Below are positions 55,241 to 64,000 of a stretch of 64,000 nucleotides of DNA, one piece after another. Position 1 is the stretch's first letter; each line of letters opens with the position of its first letter. The stretch spans positions 17,054 through 81,053 of the forward strand of contig PLHF01000045.1 of NCBI GenBank assembly GCA_003138855.1, written 5' to 3'. Position numbers and translations under genes: made by a program. Under the pieces are notes generated by a model. The model ran no database searches. It was not told where the DNA came from and saw only the letters and a list, made by a program, of their open reading frames with translations. The DNA is from Acidimicrobiaceae bacterium. GTDB taxonomy: Bacteria > Actinomycetota > Acidimicrobiia > Acidimicrobiales > RAAP-2.

Positions 55241-55857
55241 CAGGCACAGGCCTCATCGACGCGGCGCACGAAGTTGGCCAGGATGCCCAGTCCGACCGCC
55301 CCCGACTTCTCCGGGTGGAACTGGGTTCCCCACAAGGCGCCCCGCTCGGCCGACGCGGTGATCGCGCCGCCGTACTCGCAGGTGGACGTGGTGTCAGCCG
55401 TCCGCTCGGGGGCGTACGAGTGGACGAAGTAGACCCACGCCGGATCAGGCACCCCGCCAAGGAGGCCCGAGTCGCATCCGTCCGCGATCTCGACCACGTT
55501 CCACTGCATCTGGGGATGCTTGACCCCGTCCGGTAACCGCCTCACCGTGCCGGGCAGGATGCCGAGGCCCGATGCAGAGGGATCCTCGTCGGAGCCCTCG
55601 TACAGGAGCTGGAATCCCACGCAGATGCCCAGGAACGGCACGCCGCGGCCGATGGCGAAACGCGCGGCGCCGTCCAGCCCGCTCATCCTCAAGGCCTGGG
55701 CACAACGCCCGAAGGCTCCCACCCCGGGGAGCACCACGCCGTCGGCCGTGGCGGCGCGTTCGGGGTCATCGATGAGCTCGGCCTCGGCCCCCAGGTGCTG
55801 GAGTGCCTTCTCCGCGGAGCGCAGGTTGCCGATGCCGTAGTCGAGGACGGCGATCAC
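55240..55857 (-). CDS. hisH: Imidazole glycerol phosphate synthase glutaminase subunit
   Basis: DYG.GNL.S, LPGVGAF, GICVG, YFVHSY, QFHPEKS. Confidence 0.96.
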   Translation of the reverse strand: MIAVLDYGIGNLRSAEKALQHLGAEAELIDDPERAATADGVVLPGVGAFGRCAQALRMSGLDGAARFAIGRGVPFLGICVGFQLLYEGSDEDPSASGLGILPGTVRRLPDGVKHPQMQWNVVEIADGCDSGLLGGVPDPAWVYFVHSYAPERTADTTSTCEYGGAITASAERGALWGTQFHPEKSGAVGLGILANFVRRVDEACA

Positions 55858-55918
55858 TGGCGCCGGGACGGCCGAGGGACGTGCCGTCCCCTCCGAGGTG
55901 CACCGCAGGACACGGCGA

Positions 55919-56572
55919 TTACAGGGCGCCCTTGGTGGACGGGATGCCGCCACCCTCGACCCGGACCGCATCCCGCAGGGCCCGCGCCACCCCTTTGAAT
56001 GAAGCCTCCACGATGTGATGGGTGTTCTTTCCTGATATCAACCTCAAGTGGAGGGTTAGACCTGCCGAAGTGGAGAAGGCTCTCCAGAACTCCTCGGCCA
56101 GCTGGGGATCGAAGGGCGGGGTGCCCAATGGAGTGGTGTCCGGGGGGAACTCGATGCCGTAGGCCAGGTACGGGCGCCCGGACAGGTCGAGGGCCACCTC
56201 CACCAGTGCCTCGTCGAGCGGGAGGGCAATGGAGCCGAAGCGGCGGATGCCTGTCTTGTCCCCCAGGGCCTCGGACAGCACCTCGCCCAGGGTGATGCCG
56301 ACGTCCTCGACTGTGTGGTGGGCGTCGACTTCGAGGTCACCCACGGCGGAGACGGTCAGGTCGAACCCGCCGTGGCGCCCCAGCTGGCTGATCATGTGGT
56401 CGAAGAACGGCAGACCCGTCGACACCTCGTTGGTGCCGCCACCGTCCAGGTCGATGGTCACGTCGATGGTTGTCTCCTTGGTCGCCCGTCGGTTCGTCGC
56501 CGTACGGCGGGTCGGGGACGATGCCGGGGACGGTTCCGGTGTCGGCGCTGGGCTCGGTGTCGGTGCGCTCAT
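55919..56572 (-). CDS. hisB: Imidazoleglycerol-phosphate dehydratase
   Basis: R.TKET, FFDHM, D.HHTVED, DLSGRP, N.HH.VEA.FK, PSTKG. Confidence 0.96.
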   Translation of the reverse strand: MSAPTPSPAPTPEPSPASSPTRRTATNRRATKETTIDVTIDLDGGGTNEVSTGLPFFDHMISQLGRHGGFDLTVSAVGDLEVDAHHTVEDVGITLGEVLSEALGDKTGIRRFGSIALPLDEALVEVALDLSGRPYLAYGIEFPPDTTPLGTPPFDPQLAEEFWRAFSTSAGLTLHLRLISGKNTHHIVEASFKGVARALRDAVRVEGGGIPSTKGAL

Positions 56573-57675
56573 TGAAGGCTTTCGCTCAGTGCGGCCAGGA
56601 ACCTGTCGTTCTCCGATGGGAGCCCCACCGTCACCCGGAGGCAACCGGTGAGGCCTGGCCACTTCGAACAGTCTCGCACGAGCACCGATGCGCCGAGGAG
56701 GTCAGTCCACACGTCGCGGGCCTCCTTCCGCAACGGCCGGAAGAGGATGAAGTTGGCGTCCGATGGCCAGGTTTCGACGGGCAGCGCGGCAAGCGTGGCC
56801 GCCATCCGCCCCCGCTCCTCCCTCACCATCGCCACCCGGTCCTCCATCTCGTCGACGAACCGGAGGGCCAGGCGCCCAGCCAACTGCTTTGCCGCGTCGA
56901 GGTGGTACGGCAACGTCACCATCTCACAGGCCCGGACTACCTCAGGGTCTGCGACCAGGTACCCGAGCCTCGTCCCGGCCATCGACCAGGTCTTCGAAAA
57001 CGTCCGGACCGCCGCCGTGCGCTCCGCCCCCGGGCCCCTGCCACGCAGGATCTCCAATGCCGACGACGGCGCGAACTGCCCGTACGCCTCATCCACCACC
57101 ACCAGGCCGGGGGCCATGGCCACCACCGCCTCGATGTCGGCCAGCGGATCGGCCCTGCCCGTCGGGTTGTTCGGCGAACAGAGGAAGGTGATCACCGGAT
57201 CGCCGGCACCGACCACCCTGCGCACCTCGCCGAGGTCGAGTTCGAAGGCATCGGACCGGCGTCCTGCCACGACCTCGGTCCCGGTGATGCGTGCGATGTG
57301 GCGATGGAGTGTGTACGTGGGCTCGAAGAGAGCTACGGCGCGACCCGGTCCCCCGTAGGCCAACAACAGCGATTGCAGCACCTCGTTCGACCCATTGGCA
57401 CAGAAGACCTGTTCGGGTGGCACGCCATGGCTGTCGGCCAACCCTCGGCGGAGTTCGGTGGCCTCTCGATCCGGATACCGGTTGAATTCGATGCGGGCGA
57501 TTCCGGAAAGCAACGCCTCGTACCACCCAGGCGGGGGCGGTAGCGGCGACTCGTTGGTGTTGAGGCGGACCTCGACGTCGACCTGTTCCGAGTGGTAGCC
57601 GGTCAGGGCCGCCAGGTCCGGGCGCACGGGAGGGAGGCCCAGGTGCCCGCCCGTGCCACGGCCTACCGGGGCCAT
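56569..57675 (-). CDS. hisC: Histidinol-phosphate aminotransferase
   Basis: LNTNESP, RYPD, NGSNE, SPNNPTG, DEAY, RTFSK, RLGY. Confidence 0.96.
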   Translation of the reverse strand: MAPVGRGTGGHLGLPPVRPDLAALTGYHSEQVDVEVRLNTNESPLPPPPGWYEALLSGIARIEFNRYPDREATELRRGLADSHGVPPEQVFCANGSNEVLQSLLLAYGGPGRAVALFEPTYTLHRHIARITGTEVVAGRRSDAFELDLGEVRRVVGAGDPVITFLCSPNNPTGRADPLADIEAVVAMAPGLVVVDEAYGQFAPSSALEILRGRGPGAERTAAVRTFSKTWSMAGTRLGYLVADPEVVRACEMVTLPYHLDAAKQLAGRLALRFVDEMEDRVAMVREERGRMAATLAALPVETWPSDANFILFRPLRKEARDVWTDLLGASVLVRDCSKWPGLTGCLRVTVGLPSENDRFLAALSESLQ

Positions 57676-58964
57676 CGCAGGCGCACCGACTGGGCATGGG
57701 CCGGAAGGCCCTCGGTCTCGGCCAGGGTCACGACGTGGGGCCCGAGGACCTCCAGCGCCTTGTCGCTGACGCTGACGGCATGGATGTGCTTCTGGAAATC
57801 ATCCACCCGGAGGGCACTGGCGAAGCGCGCGGTCCGATTGGTGGGCAGCACGTGATTGGGGCCGGCCAGGTAGTCACCCATGCTGGCCGGCGAATTCGGC
57901 CCGAGGAACACGGCCCCGGCCGAGGTCACCTGGGACAGCAGCGACTCGGCGTTGCCGGTCAGGATCTCGAGGTGCTCCGGCGCCACGATGTTGGCGATGG
58001 CGATCGCCTGCTTCGGACCGTCCACCAGCACGGCGAAGCCGCCGGCACCCAGGGTCGCCTCGAGGTCGGCACGTCGCGGGGATTCCTTCACGATCCGATC
58101 GACATGCGCCGCGACTGCCTCCGCGACCGCTTCCGACCAGGTGATCAGCCAGGCCATGCCGTCCGGCCCGTGCTCGGCCTGCACCACCAGGTCGATGGCG
58201 GCCCACTCGGTGGGGGTGTCGGGGCCGGCGATCACCACCACCTCGGACGGCCCCGCGAATGCCGAGGTCACGCCGACGACTCCGGAGACCTGGCGCTTGG
58301 CCTCAGCCACATACCGGTTGCCCGGGCCCACGATGACATCCACCGGATCGATGGACTCGGTGCCATAGGCCATGGCCGCGATGGCTTGTGCGCCGCCCAC
58401 GCAGAAGACCTCGTCGATACCCGCTACCGCCGCTGCCGCCAGGGTGGCATCGTCGATGTGGCCATCGGGCCCGGGAGGGACGCAGAGCACGATCTCCTCC
58501 ACGCCGGCGACGTGTGCCGGGACGGCGCACATCAGCACCGTCGACGGGTAGCGGGCGCGTCCACCGGGTGCGTAGCAACCGGCACGCCCCACCGGCCGGA
58601 CCAGATGGCGGACCCTGATCCCACCGGAATCGAAGTCGTCGGCCGCCGCAGCTGCCGATTCGTGGGCGTGGTACGCCAGGATCCGGTCATGGGCGATGTC
58701 CAGCGCATCCTGGAGCTCGGACGGCACGCGCCCGAGAGCCGCCCCGATCTCCTCAGCGGGGACCCGCAGCTCGTCGAGATCGACGCCATCGAACTTCGCC
58801 GTCAGGCGGCGCAGAGCGGCATCGCCACCGGAGCGCACCTCGCCGATGATGGCGGCCACTGCTTCGGACGAGCGTTCCTGCTCGTCCGTCGGGCTCGGCA
58901 CCGCCGCACGCAACGCCTTGCGATCGCCGGTGAAGCCGCGGAAGTCGAGGCGACGAAGGGCCAT
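57663..58964 (-). CDS. hisD: Histidinol dehydrogenase
   Basis: PGG.A.YPS, GGAQA, GPGN.YV, AGPSE, QAEH, APEHL, GDY.AG.NHVLPT. Confidence 0.97.
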   Translation of the reverse strand: MALRRLDFRGFTGDRKALRAAVPSPTDEQERSSEAVAAIIGEVRSGGDAALRRLTAKFDGVDLDELRVPAEEIGAALGRVPSELQDALDIAHDRILAYHAHESAAAAADDFDSGGIRVRHLVRPVGRAGCYAPGGRARYPSTVLMCAVPAHVAGVEEIVLCVPPGPDGHIDDATLAAAAVAGIDEVFCVGGAQAIAAMAYGTESIDPVDVIVGPGNRYVAEAKRQVSGVVGVTSAFAGPSEVVVIAGPDTPTEWAAIDLVVQAEHGPDGMAWLITWSEAVAEAVAAHVDRIVKESPRRADLEATLGAGGFAVLVDGPKQAIAIANIVAPEHLEILTGNAESLLSQVTSAGAVFLGPNSPASMGDYLAGPNHVLPTNRTARFASALRVDDFQKHIHAVSVSDKALEVLGPHVVTLAETEGLPAHAQSVRLRWPR

Positions 58965-59044
58965 GGGCCGTCGATGCTATCGGAACCGGATGGAGGGCCG
59001 TCCTCGAAGAGCGGTCGCAAAGCGGCGAGGAACGGACCTCGGGT

Positions 59045-59124
59045 GGCGGGCGGAGCGGGCGGCCCTCGGTGGTCCCCGGCGGGCGGAGCGGGCGGCCCTC
59101 GGTGGTCCCGGGCGGGCGGAGCGG
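59045..59124. repeat. 33-bp tandem repeat, about 2.4 copies
   Basis: ggcgggcggagcgggcggccctcggtggtccc(c/g) at 59045 and 59078, partial at 59111. Confidence 0.88.
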
Positions 59125-59139
59125 TGCAATGATCGGTGG

Positions 59140-59337
59140 ATGGCCGCCAGCTCCGCAGAACTCTCCTCCCTCGCCACCGCACTCGACGAGTTGACCCGCC
59201 GGGTGACCGTGCACGCCGACGCAGCCAATGCGGCGAAGGACGAGGAGACGGCCCGAGAGCTGTTCGCCATCGAACGCGCCCTCAACAGCGCAAACCGTAG
59301 GATGGCCAGACTCTCCCTGGCTCTGGGCCGCAGATGA
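59140..59337 (+). CDS. Small helical hypothetical protein (65 aa)
   Basis: MAASSAELSSLATALDELTRRV...LFAIERALNSANRRMARL; amphipathic helices, mostly G/C third positions, AATGAT 6 nt upstream. Confidence 0.65.
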   Translation: MAASSAELSSLATALDELTRRVTVHADAANAAKDEETARELFAIERALNSANRRMARLSLALGRR

Positions 59338-59384
59338 CAGCGCCGACCGGATGGAGCTGCCGTCAACGATCTCACACCGACCCC

Positions 59385-59490
59385 GGACGCGACGAAGGCA
59401 CCCCAAAGGGTGCCTTCGCGCGAGCGGGCCGGGCGGCGGATCCCGAACTCCGCTCTGCGCGAAACCGATTGGCGGGAATCGGTTTCGACG
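59385..59490 (-). ncRNA. Candidate three-hairpin small RNA with CCGCC loops (6C-like)
   Basis: Perfect 11-bp stems at 59460-59487 and 59393-59418, imperfect stem at 59422-59455. Confidence 0.5.
59388..59422. terminator. Intrinsic terminator-like hairpin
   Basis: cgaaggcaccc-caaa-gggtgccttcg, extended by cgcg/cgcg. Confidence 0.65.
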
Positions 59491-59663
59491 GCAACAGCAC
59501 ACCACGTTTTTCGGACGGATTCCAGTCAGCGGTGCGGATTTCACGCCCCACCCGGAAGCGGACAACGGTTAGGAATCCGAAATACCAGGTAGATGCTTCG
59601 GTTTCGTCGATTCGCCGTCCGGATGCAATCAAAGCCCTGCCTCCGCCGATAGCAGAACACCCG

Positions 59664-60371
59664 TCAGGAGGCGCCTCTCGCGACTCCCTTGCTGCGGGGG
59701 GCATTCCGGCCAGCCAGAGCTTCAGTTGGCGCAGACGGACAGAAGTCCGAGAGAACGCAGCTGTCACAGCGAGGTGAGCGCGCCTTGCAGGTGGCTCGGC
59801 CGTGCAAGATCAGTCGGAGGCTGAAGGCGCCTCGCTCGGAGGCCGGGATCATGCGGTTGAGGACCGTCTCGACCCGAACCGGGTCGGTCTGGTCGGTGAG
59901 GCCCAGGCGGAGTGACAGCCGTTGCACATGGGTGTCCACCGGCAGACCGGGCAACCCGAAGGCGACGCTACGCACCACATTTGCCGTCTTGCGACCGACT
60001 CCGGGAAGTGTCACCAGCTGATCGAGGCGCGATGGGACCTCACCACCGAATCGCACGACGACGTCCTGTGCCATCCCCACCAGGTTTCGGGCCTTGGCCC
60101 GGTAGAACCCGGTGGAGCGGATCAGTTCCTCGATCTCCGACAGATCTGCCGAGGCCAGCGCCAGGGCGTCGGGAAAGCGGGCAAAGAGGGCGGGCGTGGT
60201 CATGTTGACCCGCTCGTCTGTGCACTGAGCCGAGAGAATGGTCGCCACCAGCAGTTCGAACGCATCGGCGTGGCGGAGCGCGCACAGCTCCCGTGGTGAG
60301 CCGGGGTACTCCATGCCCAACCGCTCGTTGGTCACCCTCGCTCGTCCGGCGGGTGTCCGTGGTCGGGCCAT
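59664..60371 (-). CDS. nth: Endonuclease III
   Basis: LVATILSAQCTD, TGFYR.KA, LPGVGRKTANVV, VDTH, C-X6-C-X2-C-X5-C. Confidence 0.96.
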   Translation of the reverse strand: MARPRTPAGRARVTNERLGMEYPGSPRELCALRHADAFELLVATILSAQCTDERVNMTTPALFARFPDALALASADLSEIEELIRSTGFYRAKARNLVGMAQDVVVRFGGEVPSRLDQLVTLPGVGRKTANVVRSVAFGLPGLPVDTHVQRLSLRLGLTDQTDPVRVETVLNRMIPASERGAFSLRLILHGRATCKARSPRCDSCVLSDFCPSAPTEALAGRNAPRSKGVARGAS

Positions 60372-60401
60372 GGCCCGGACACTACCGGTAGCTTGTTGTG
60401 G
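60372..60401. promoter_or_regulatory. Bidirectional leaderless promoter for nth and mshD
   Basis: TAGTGT (minus, 60379-60384) and TAGCTT (plus, 60389-60394), each 7 nt from an ATG. Confidence 0.7.
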
Positions 60402-61388
60402 ATGATGAGCCTCGACATTGCGGTGGTGACGGCGCCGGATGGACACGTGGTGGACGAGATCGACGAACTACTCAGCCGGGTCACCAAGGCCACAGGCCAC
60501 GATGCTCTCAGTGAGCACAAGCGGGAGGCGTTGAGACGTACCGTCGATCGTACGGATGCGTCAACAGGAGACCCCACTCTCTCCGTCGGCGTCCTCGCCC
60601 GTCTGGACTCAGAAGTGGACCGAGGCGGTCCACGCCCCCCAAAAGGCCTGATCGGATACGCACAGGTGGTCGGGAAAACCCACTCGGGACCGTTCGCGGT
60701 CGAGCTGGTGGTGGATCCGGGGTTCGCGGCGCCGGCAGTGGGTGACGCCCTCCTGGGAACAGCTCTTGACGAGCTAGCCCGGGCGGGCGGCGGAACCGTG
60801 CGGCTGTGGGTGGCACGGGCTTCCACGGCCGACGATGCGCTGGCAGCTGCCCACGGATTGCGGATCGAGCGCAACCTCATCCAGATGCGGTGCAAGCTGC
60901 CGCTCGACACCAGCGAAACCACCCGACCCGACCTGCCGGTTCCGACCCGGAGCTTTCGGCCCGGTGTCGATGAAGCGGCATGGCTGGCCACCAACAATAG
61001 GGCGTTTGCGGGCCACCCCGAGCAGGGCCGGTGGGAGATGGCGACACTGCTCGAGCGGGAGAAGGAGCGGTGGTTCGATCCGAGTGGCTTCCTCGTGGTC
61101 GAAGAGGGTGGGCGCATCGCCGGCTCGTGTTGGACGAAGATCCATGCCGATACCGATCCGCCGATGGGCGAGATCTACGTCATCGGCGTGGACCCGGACT
61201 TCCACGGGCGTGGATGGGGCCGTGCCCTGACCCTTGCCGGCCTGGACTGGCTGGCCGGGGCGGGCATGTCGGTGGGAATGCTCTACGTGGACGCTGCCAA
61301 TACCGCAGCCGTCTCGCTGTACCGTTCGATCGGCTTCGCCGAGGATCATGTGGATCGGTCCTATTCGGGTTGGTTCGACCCGGCCTGA
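60402..61388 (+). CDS. mshD: Mycothiol synthase (tandem GNAT)
   Basis: LSEH, ELVVDP, NNRAF..HPEQG.W, WFDP.G, WTKIH, GEIYVIGVDP, LYVD..N..A..LY. Confidence 0.92.
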   Translation: MMSLDIAVVTAPDGHVVDEIDELLSRVTKATGHDALSEHKREALRRTVDRTDASTGDPTLSVGVLARLDSEVDRGGPRPPKGLIGYAQVVGKTHSGPFAVELVVDPGFAAPAVGDALLGTALDELARAGGGTVRLWVARASTADDALAAAHGLRIERNLIQMRCKLPLDTSETTRPDLPVPTRSFRPGVDEAAWLATNNRAFAGHPEQGRWEMATLLEREKERWFDPSGFLVVEEGGRIAGSCWTKIHADTDPPMGEIYVIGVDPDFHGRGWGRALTLAGLDWLAGAGMSVGMLYVDAANTAAVSLYRSIGFAEDHVDRSYSGWFDPA

Positions 61389-61452
61389 GGAACGGCTGAC
61401 CGCGATGTCGACGGTCCCTGCGACGAGACCCGGGTGGTCCCAACCGGACCGC

Positions 61453-62877
61453 TCACTCTCCGCCGAACAGCTCCGGGACCTCGGAACGAAAGTCTCGGTC
61501 CGCCGATCCGGCGAGGCCCGGCGATGGACCGCCGGGTCCCTTCTGCGCAGCAGGCGGTCGCCACCTCCAGTTGCCCGGACCGCCATCGAGCCGGAATCCC
61601 TTGTGGGTTCGGAGATAGTGGTGGTGACCGCACAGACGCGCCAGATTCTCCAACGAGGCCGGTCCACCGGCGGCAAAAGGAACCACCCAGTGATCGATCT
61701 CCAGGCCGGCGGCCACGTCGCAGCCGGGGACGACGCAGATCGCGTCCCGTTCGATGAGTGCCGTCTTCAATGGAGCGGGAATCGATCGACCCAGATGGCA
61801 GACGGTGGTCACATTGATGCCGTTGGTGATGACAAGGTCGGTGATGGCATCGCCCATCAGGTCCCGGGCGACCTCGATGGGGACCGGTCCGACGCCGGGA
61901 ATCTCACAGCGCTCTCCGTCACCCACGCTCCCCCGCCTGAGGGCCTCGAGATCAACCCGCAGGTGGACGGTGGCCTTGGGCTCGAGGACATGGCAGTCGG
62001 GGCCGGCGTCGTCATCGGCCCCATCGCCGGTTCCGCATCCCCCCTCCCTCGAGCGACGCGCCGACGTGGTCTGATCGGGAACGCTGATCCCCCGCCCTGT
62101 CACCAGCGCCACGAGGGCATCAGCGGCATAGGCGTCCCGGGACTCACGGATGCCGGCTGCTCTGGCCCGACGGAACGCCCGGTCGGACCCGGCGCTCAAT
62201 GACGAGAGCACCGCCGCACCTGCATCGGGGGTGAGCCGGGCATCCAGCCGGAAGGCCCCATCGGCGTCCGTCCAGGTCCGGCAATGTCGTGCGGCCCGGA
62301 TCCCTTCGTAGACATGGGCCGCATCGGTCTTCGACCTTCCCTCGGCCCTGGCCCGGAGGCATCGATCCCGAAGACGACTCAGGGTGTCCCCTTCTGCCAC
62401 TTGGAGCAGCTCTCCTTCGCTGTTCGGATTGACCGCCACCGCACCGGCGACGGCCTTGGCACCCGACGGGGACAGCCTGCCGGTCCGGTAGGCCTCGTCC
62501 ACGCCGGGGTGGGACTCGAGCGTCTCCCCCAGGCGCAGGAGCTCGACTGCGTTCCCCACGGACTCGCCAGTCACCCCTGCCAGCCGGTGCGCCGCTGACC
62601 GCTGTCCGGTCGTCCGATGGCAGTTGGCTGCAGCCGCCCGGGTTGCGGCAAGCGTCTTGCCAGCGGCGCAGAGACGTTCTGCCCGGGTGAACCAGGTCAC
62701 CAGTCGGGCTGCGTCCTCACCGCCGTACCGGCCGGGCTCGAATTCCGACACGAAGCCGGCGATGGCGTCCAACGCATCCGACAGGGCTGATCCATCCAGC
62801 CGAAGGTGAGCCGGCTGGGTTGCCTGTGGCGTCCGTGGGGACTGGGGTTCCGGGTGGTGCGAGGCTGCCGACGCCAT
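61453..62877 (-). CDS. DUF222 / HNH endonuclease protein (13E12-like)
   Basis: G.LS...A, ADALV, IPGVGP, R.IP..L..AL.ERD..C.VPGC....EIDH.....GG.....N...LC..HH. Confidence 0.85.
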   Translation of the reverse strand: MASAASHHPEPQSPRTPQATQPAHLRLDGSALSDALDAIAGFVSEFEPGRYGGEDAARLVTWFTRAERLCAAGKTLAATRAAAANCHRTTGQRSAAHRLAGVTGESVGNAVELLRLGETLESHPGVDEAYRTGRLSPSGAKAVAGAVAVNPNSEGELLQVAEGDTLSRLRDRCLRARAEGRSKTDAAHVYEGIRAARHCRTWTDADGAFRLDARLTPDAGAAVLSSLSAGSDRAFRRARAAGIRESRDAYAADALVALVTGRGISVPDQTTSARRSREGGCGTGDGADDDAGPDCHVLEPKATVHLRVDLEALRRGSVGDGERCEIPGVGPVPIEVARDLMGDAITDLVITNGINVTTVCHLGRSIPAPLKTALIERDAICVVPGCDVAAGLEIDHWVVPFAAGGPASLENLARLCGHHHYLRTHKGFRLDGGPGNWRWRPPAAQKGPGGPSPGLAGSADRDFRSEVPELFGGE

Positions 62878-62883
62878 GTGGTA

Positions 62884-62905
62884 ATCGTCCCAGGTGGGTG
62901 TGACG
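62884..62905 (-). promoter_or_regulatory. RecA-NDp/PafBC-like promoter CGTCAC-N10-GACGAT of the DUF222-HNH gene
   Basis: Minus strand reads CGTCACacccacctggGACGATtaccacATG; shares GTCACACCC and spacing with the uvrB promoter. Confidence 0.55.
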
Positions 62906-62959
62906 ACCGGATCGCAGACATCCCATCCCCGGCAACCGGCCCGCTCGGCGAGACCCGGG

Positions 62960-63655
62960 TCAGCTTGCGCCCACGAGGTGGCCCACCAGGTAGGTGATCC
63001 CTGCAGCAGCACTGGAGATCAAGAGCTGGCGGCTGGCCGACCACAGCCAGGAACGACCGGTGAACACGGACAGGGCCCCACCCACGCTGAAGGCACCCAC
63101 CGCGCCGAGAGCGACCGACCACAGCGTCGCTCTCGTTCCGTCCGTGAACAACCACGGCAGAAGCGGGATGAACGCCCCGAGGGCGAAGGTGAAGAACGAG
63201 GCGAAGGCGGCCTCGAGCGGTTTGCCGGTTTCCTTTGGATTGATGCCCAGCTCCTCGCGGGCGTGGGTCTCGAGTGCGATCTCGGGGTTCCGCATCATCT
63301 TCACCGAGAGCTCCTCGGCCAACTCGGCGTCGAGCCCGCGGCTCTCGTAGAGTGCGGCCAGTTCCTTGCGCTCGACTTCGGGTTCGTGCCGAAGAGCCTG
63401 TCGTTCGACATCCAGCTCGCGCTCCATCAGCTCGGACTGGGCTCGCATGGAGATGTACTCGCCCGTGGCCATCGAGAACGCGCCACCGATGAGCCCGGCC
63501 AATCCGGCCAGGCGGACCGCCCCTGCCGACGAGTTGGCACCGGCCATGCCGAGGATGAGGGCCACATTGGAGACCAATCCGTCGCTGATGCCGAACACGG
63601 CCGCACGCGCTCCCCCGCCATGCAGGTTCCGGTGATGATGCTCTTCCACGGCCAC
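62960..63655 (-). CDS. VIT1/CCC1 family metal transporter
   Basis: RAAVFG.SDGLVS, GLAGL..GA.SMA.GEY.S, H.REELG, GA.IPLLP. Confidence 0.92.
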   Translation of the reverse strand: MAVEEHHHRNLHGGGARAAVFGISDGLVSNVALILGMAGANSSAGAVRLAGLAGLIGGAFSMATGEYISMRAQSELMERELDVERQALRHEPEVERKELAALYESRGLDAELAEELSVKMMRNPEIALETHAREELGINPKETGKPLEAAFASFFTFALGAFIPLLPWLFTDGTRATLWSVALGAVGAFSVGGALSVFTGRSWLWSASRQLLISSAAAGITYLVGHLVGAS

Positions 63656-63876
63656 GAAGGAGAGCGTACCGACCCGACATCGATGAGGGCACGCTCACGA
63701 CCGGTGGAAGGGAACCCTCATAGGACCGCCGAGGTATCCGGGTAGAAGCCCGACCCGCCCCGACCCGGGGGCGGGCCCTGGTGGGCACGGAGCGGCCCCT
63801 CCCACCCGGCGCGATCCGAGACGGTGCGCCCGGAGCGGGTGGTGTCCCGGGACCCGGATCCCGTACAGTCTGGGCC

Positions 63877-64000
63877 ATGGCAACCACCGTGCAGGGCATC
63901 GATTCGTTCCGGGATCTGGTCGGGCAGCATCTGGGCTACAGCGAGTGGCATCGCATCGACCAGGACCAGGTCAACCTGTTCGCCGACGCCACCGGCGACC
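63877..64000 (+). CDS. MaoC-family dehydratase, 5' part only (runs off the window)
   Basis: MATTVQGIDSFRDLVGQHLGYSEWHRIDQDQVNLFADATGD; TACAGT 7 nt upstream. Confidence 0.8.
   Translation, partial: MATTVQGIDSFRDLVGQHLGYSEWHRIDQDQVNLFADATGD

Noticed and set aside
59045..59124. CRISPR array
   Set aside because: Repeats are contiguous with no spacers, and there are no cas genes.
59422..59487. ANTAR target dual hairpin for PdtaR
   Set aside because: Loops lack the A1/G4 hexaloop pattern on either strand and the stems are too long.

Overview
High-GC actinobacterial chromosomal segment, most like Acidimicrobiia (inferred from gene style and order). The backbone is the conserved actinobacterial core block nadA / uvrA-uvrB-coaE / rpsA-polA-pdtaR-tRNA-Leu / trpABFC, trpE / hisIFAHBCD / nth-mshD. 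About 21 kb sits between rpsA and coaE: a cell-surface glycan locus (AftD-like protein, three further GT-C enzymes, GT4, flippase-like protein, FAD enzyme, methyltransferase) and a peptide-type ABC transporter. There is also a fabD-fabG-acpP-fabF cluster, a two-component system, a DUF222-HNH gene and a VIT1 transporter. Best leads: (1) an orphan, roof-less GroES homolog ending in GTGLYL, a near copy of the actinobacterial 20S-proteasome docking tail, so possibly a 7-fold proteasome cap; (2) a candidate three-hairpin sRNA with two CCGCC loops; (3) a PafBC/RecA-NDp-like promoter shared by uvrB and the DUF222-HNH gene; (4) FabD fused to a lysine-less biotinyl-like domain; (5) a stand-alone lipoprotein version of the SecD P1 domain; (6) a symmetric bidirectional leaderless promoter between nth and mshD. 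All calls come from motif recognition by eye; no searches were run.
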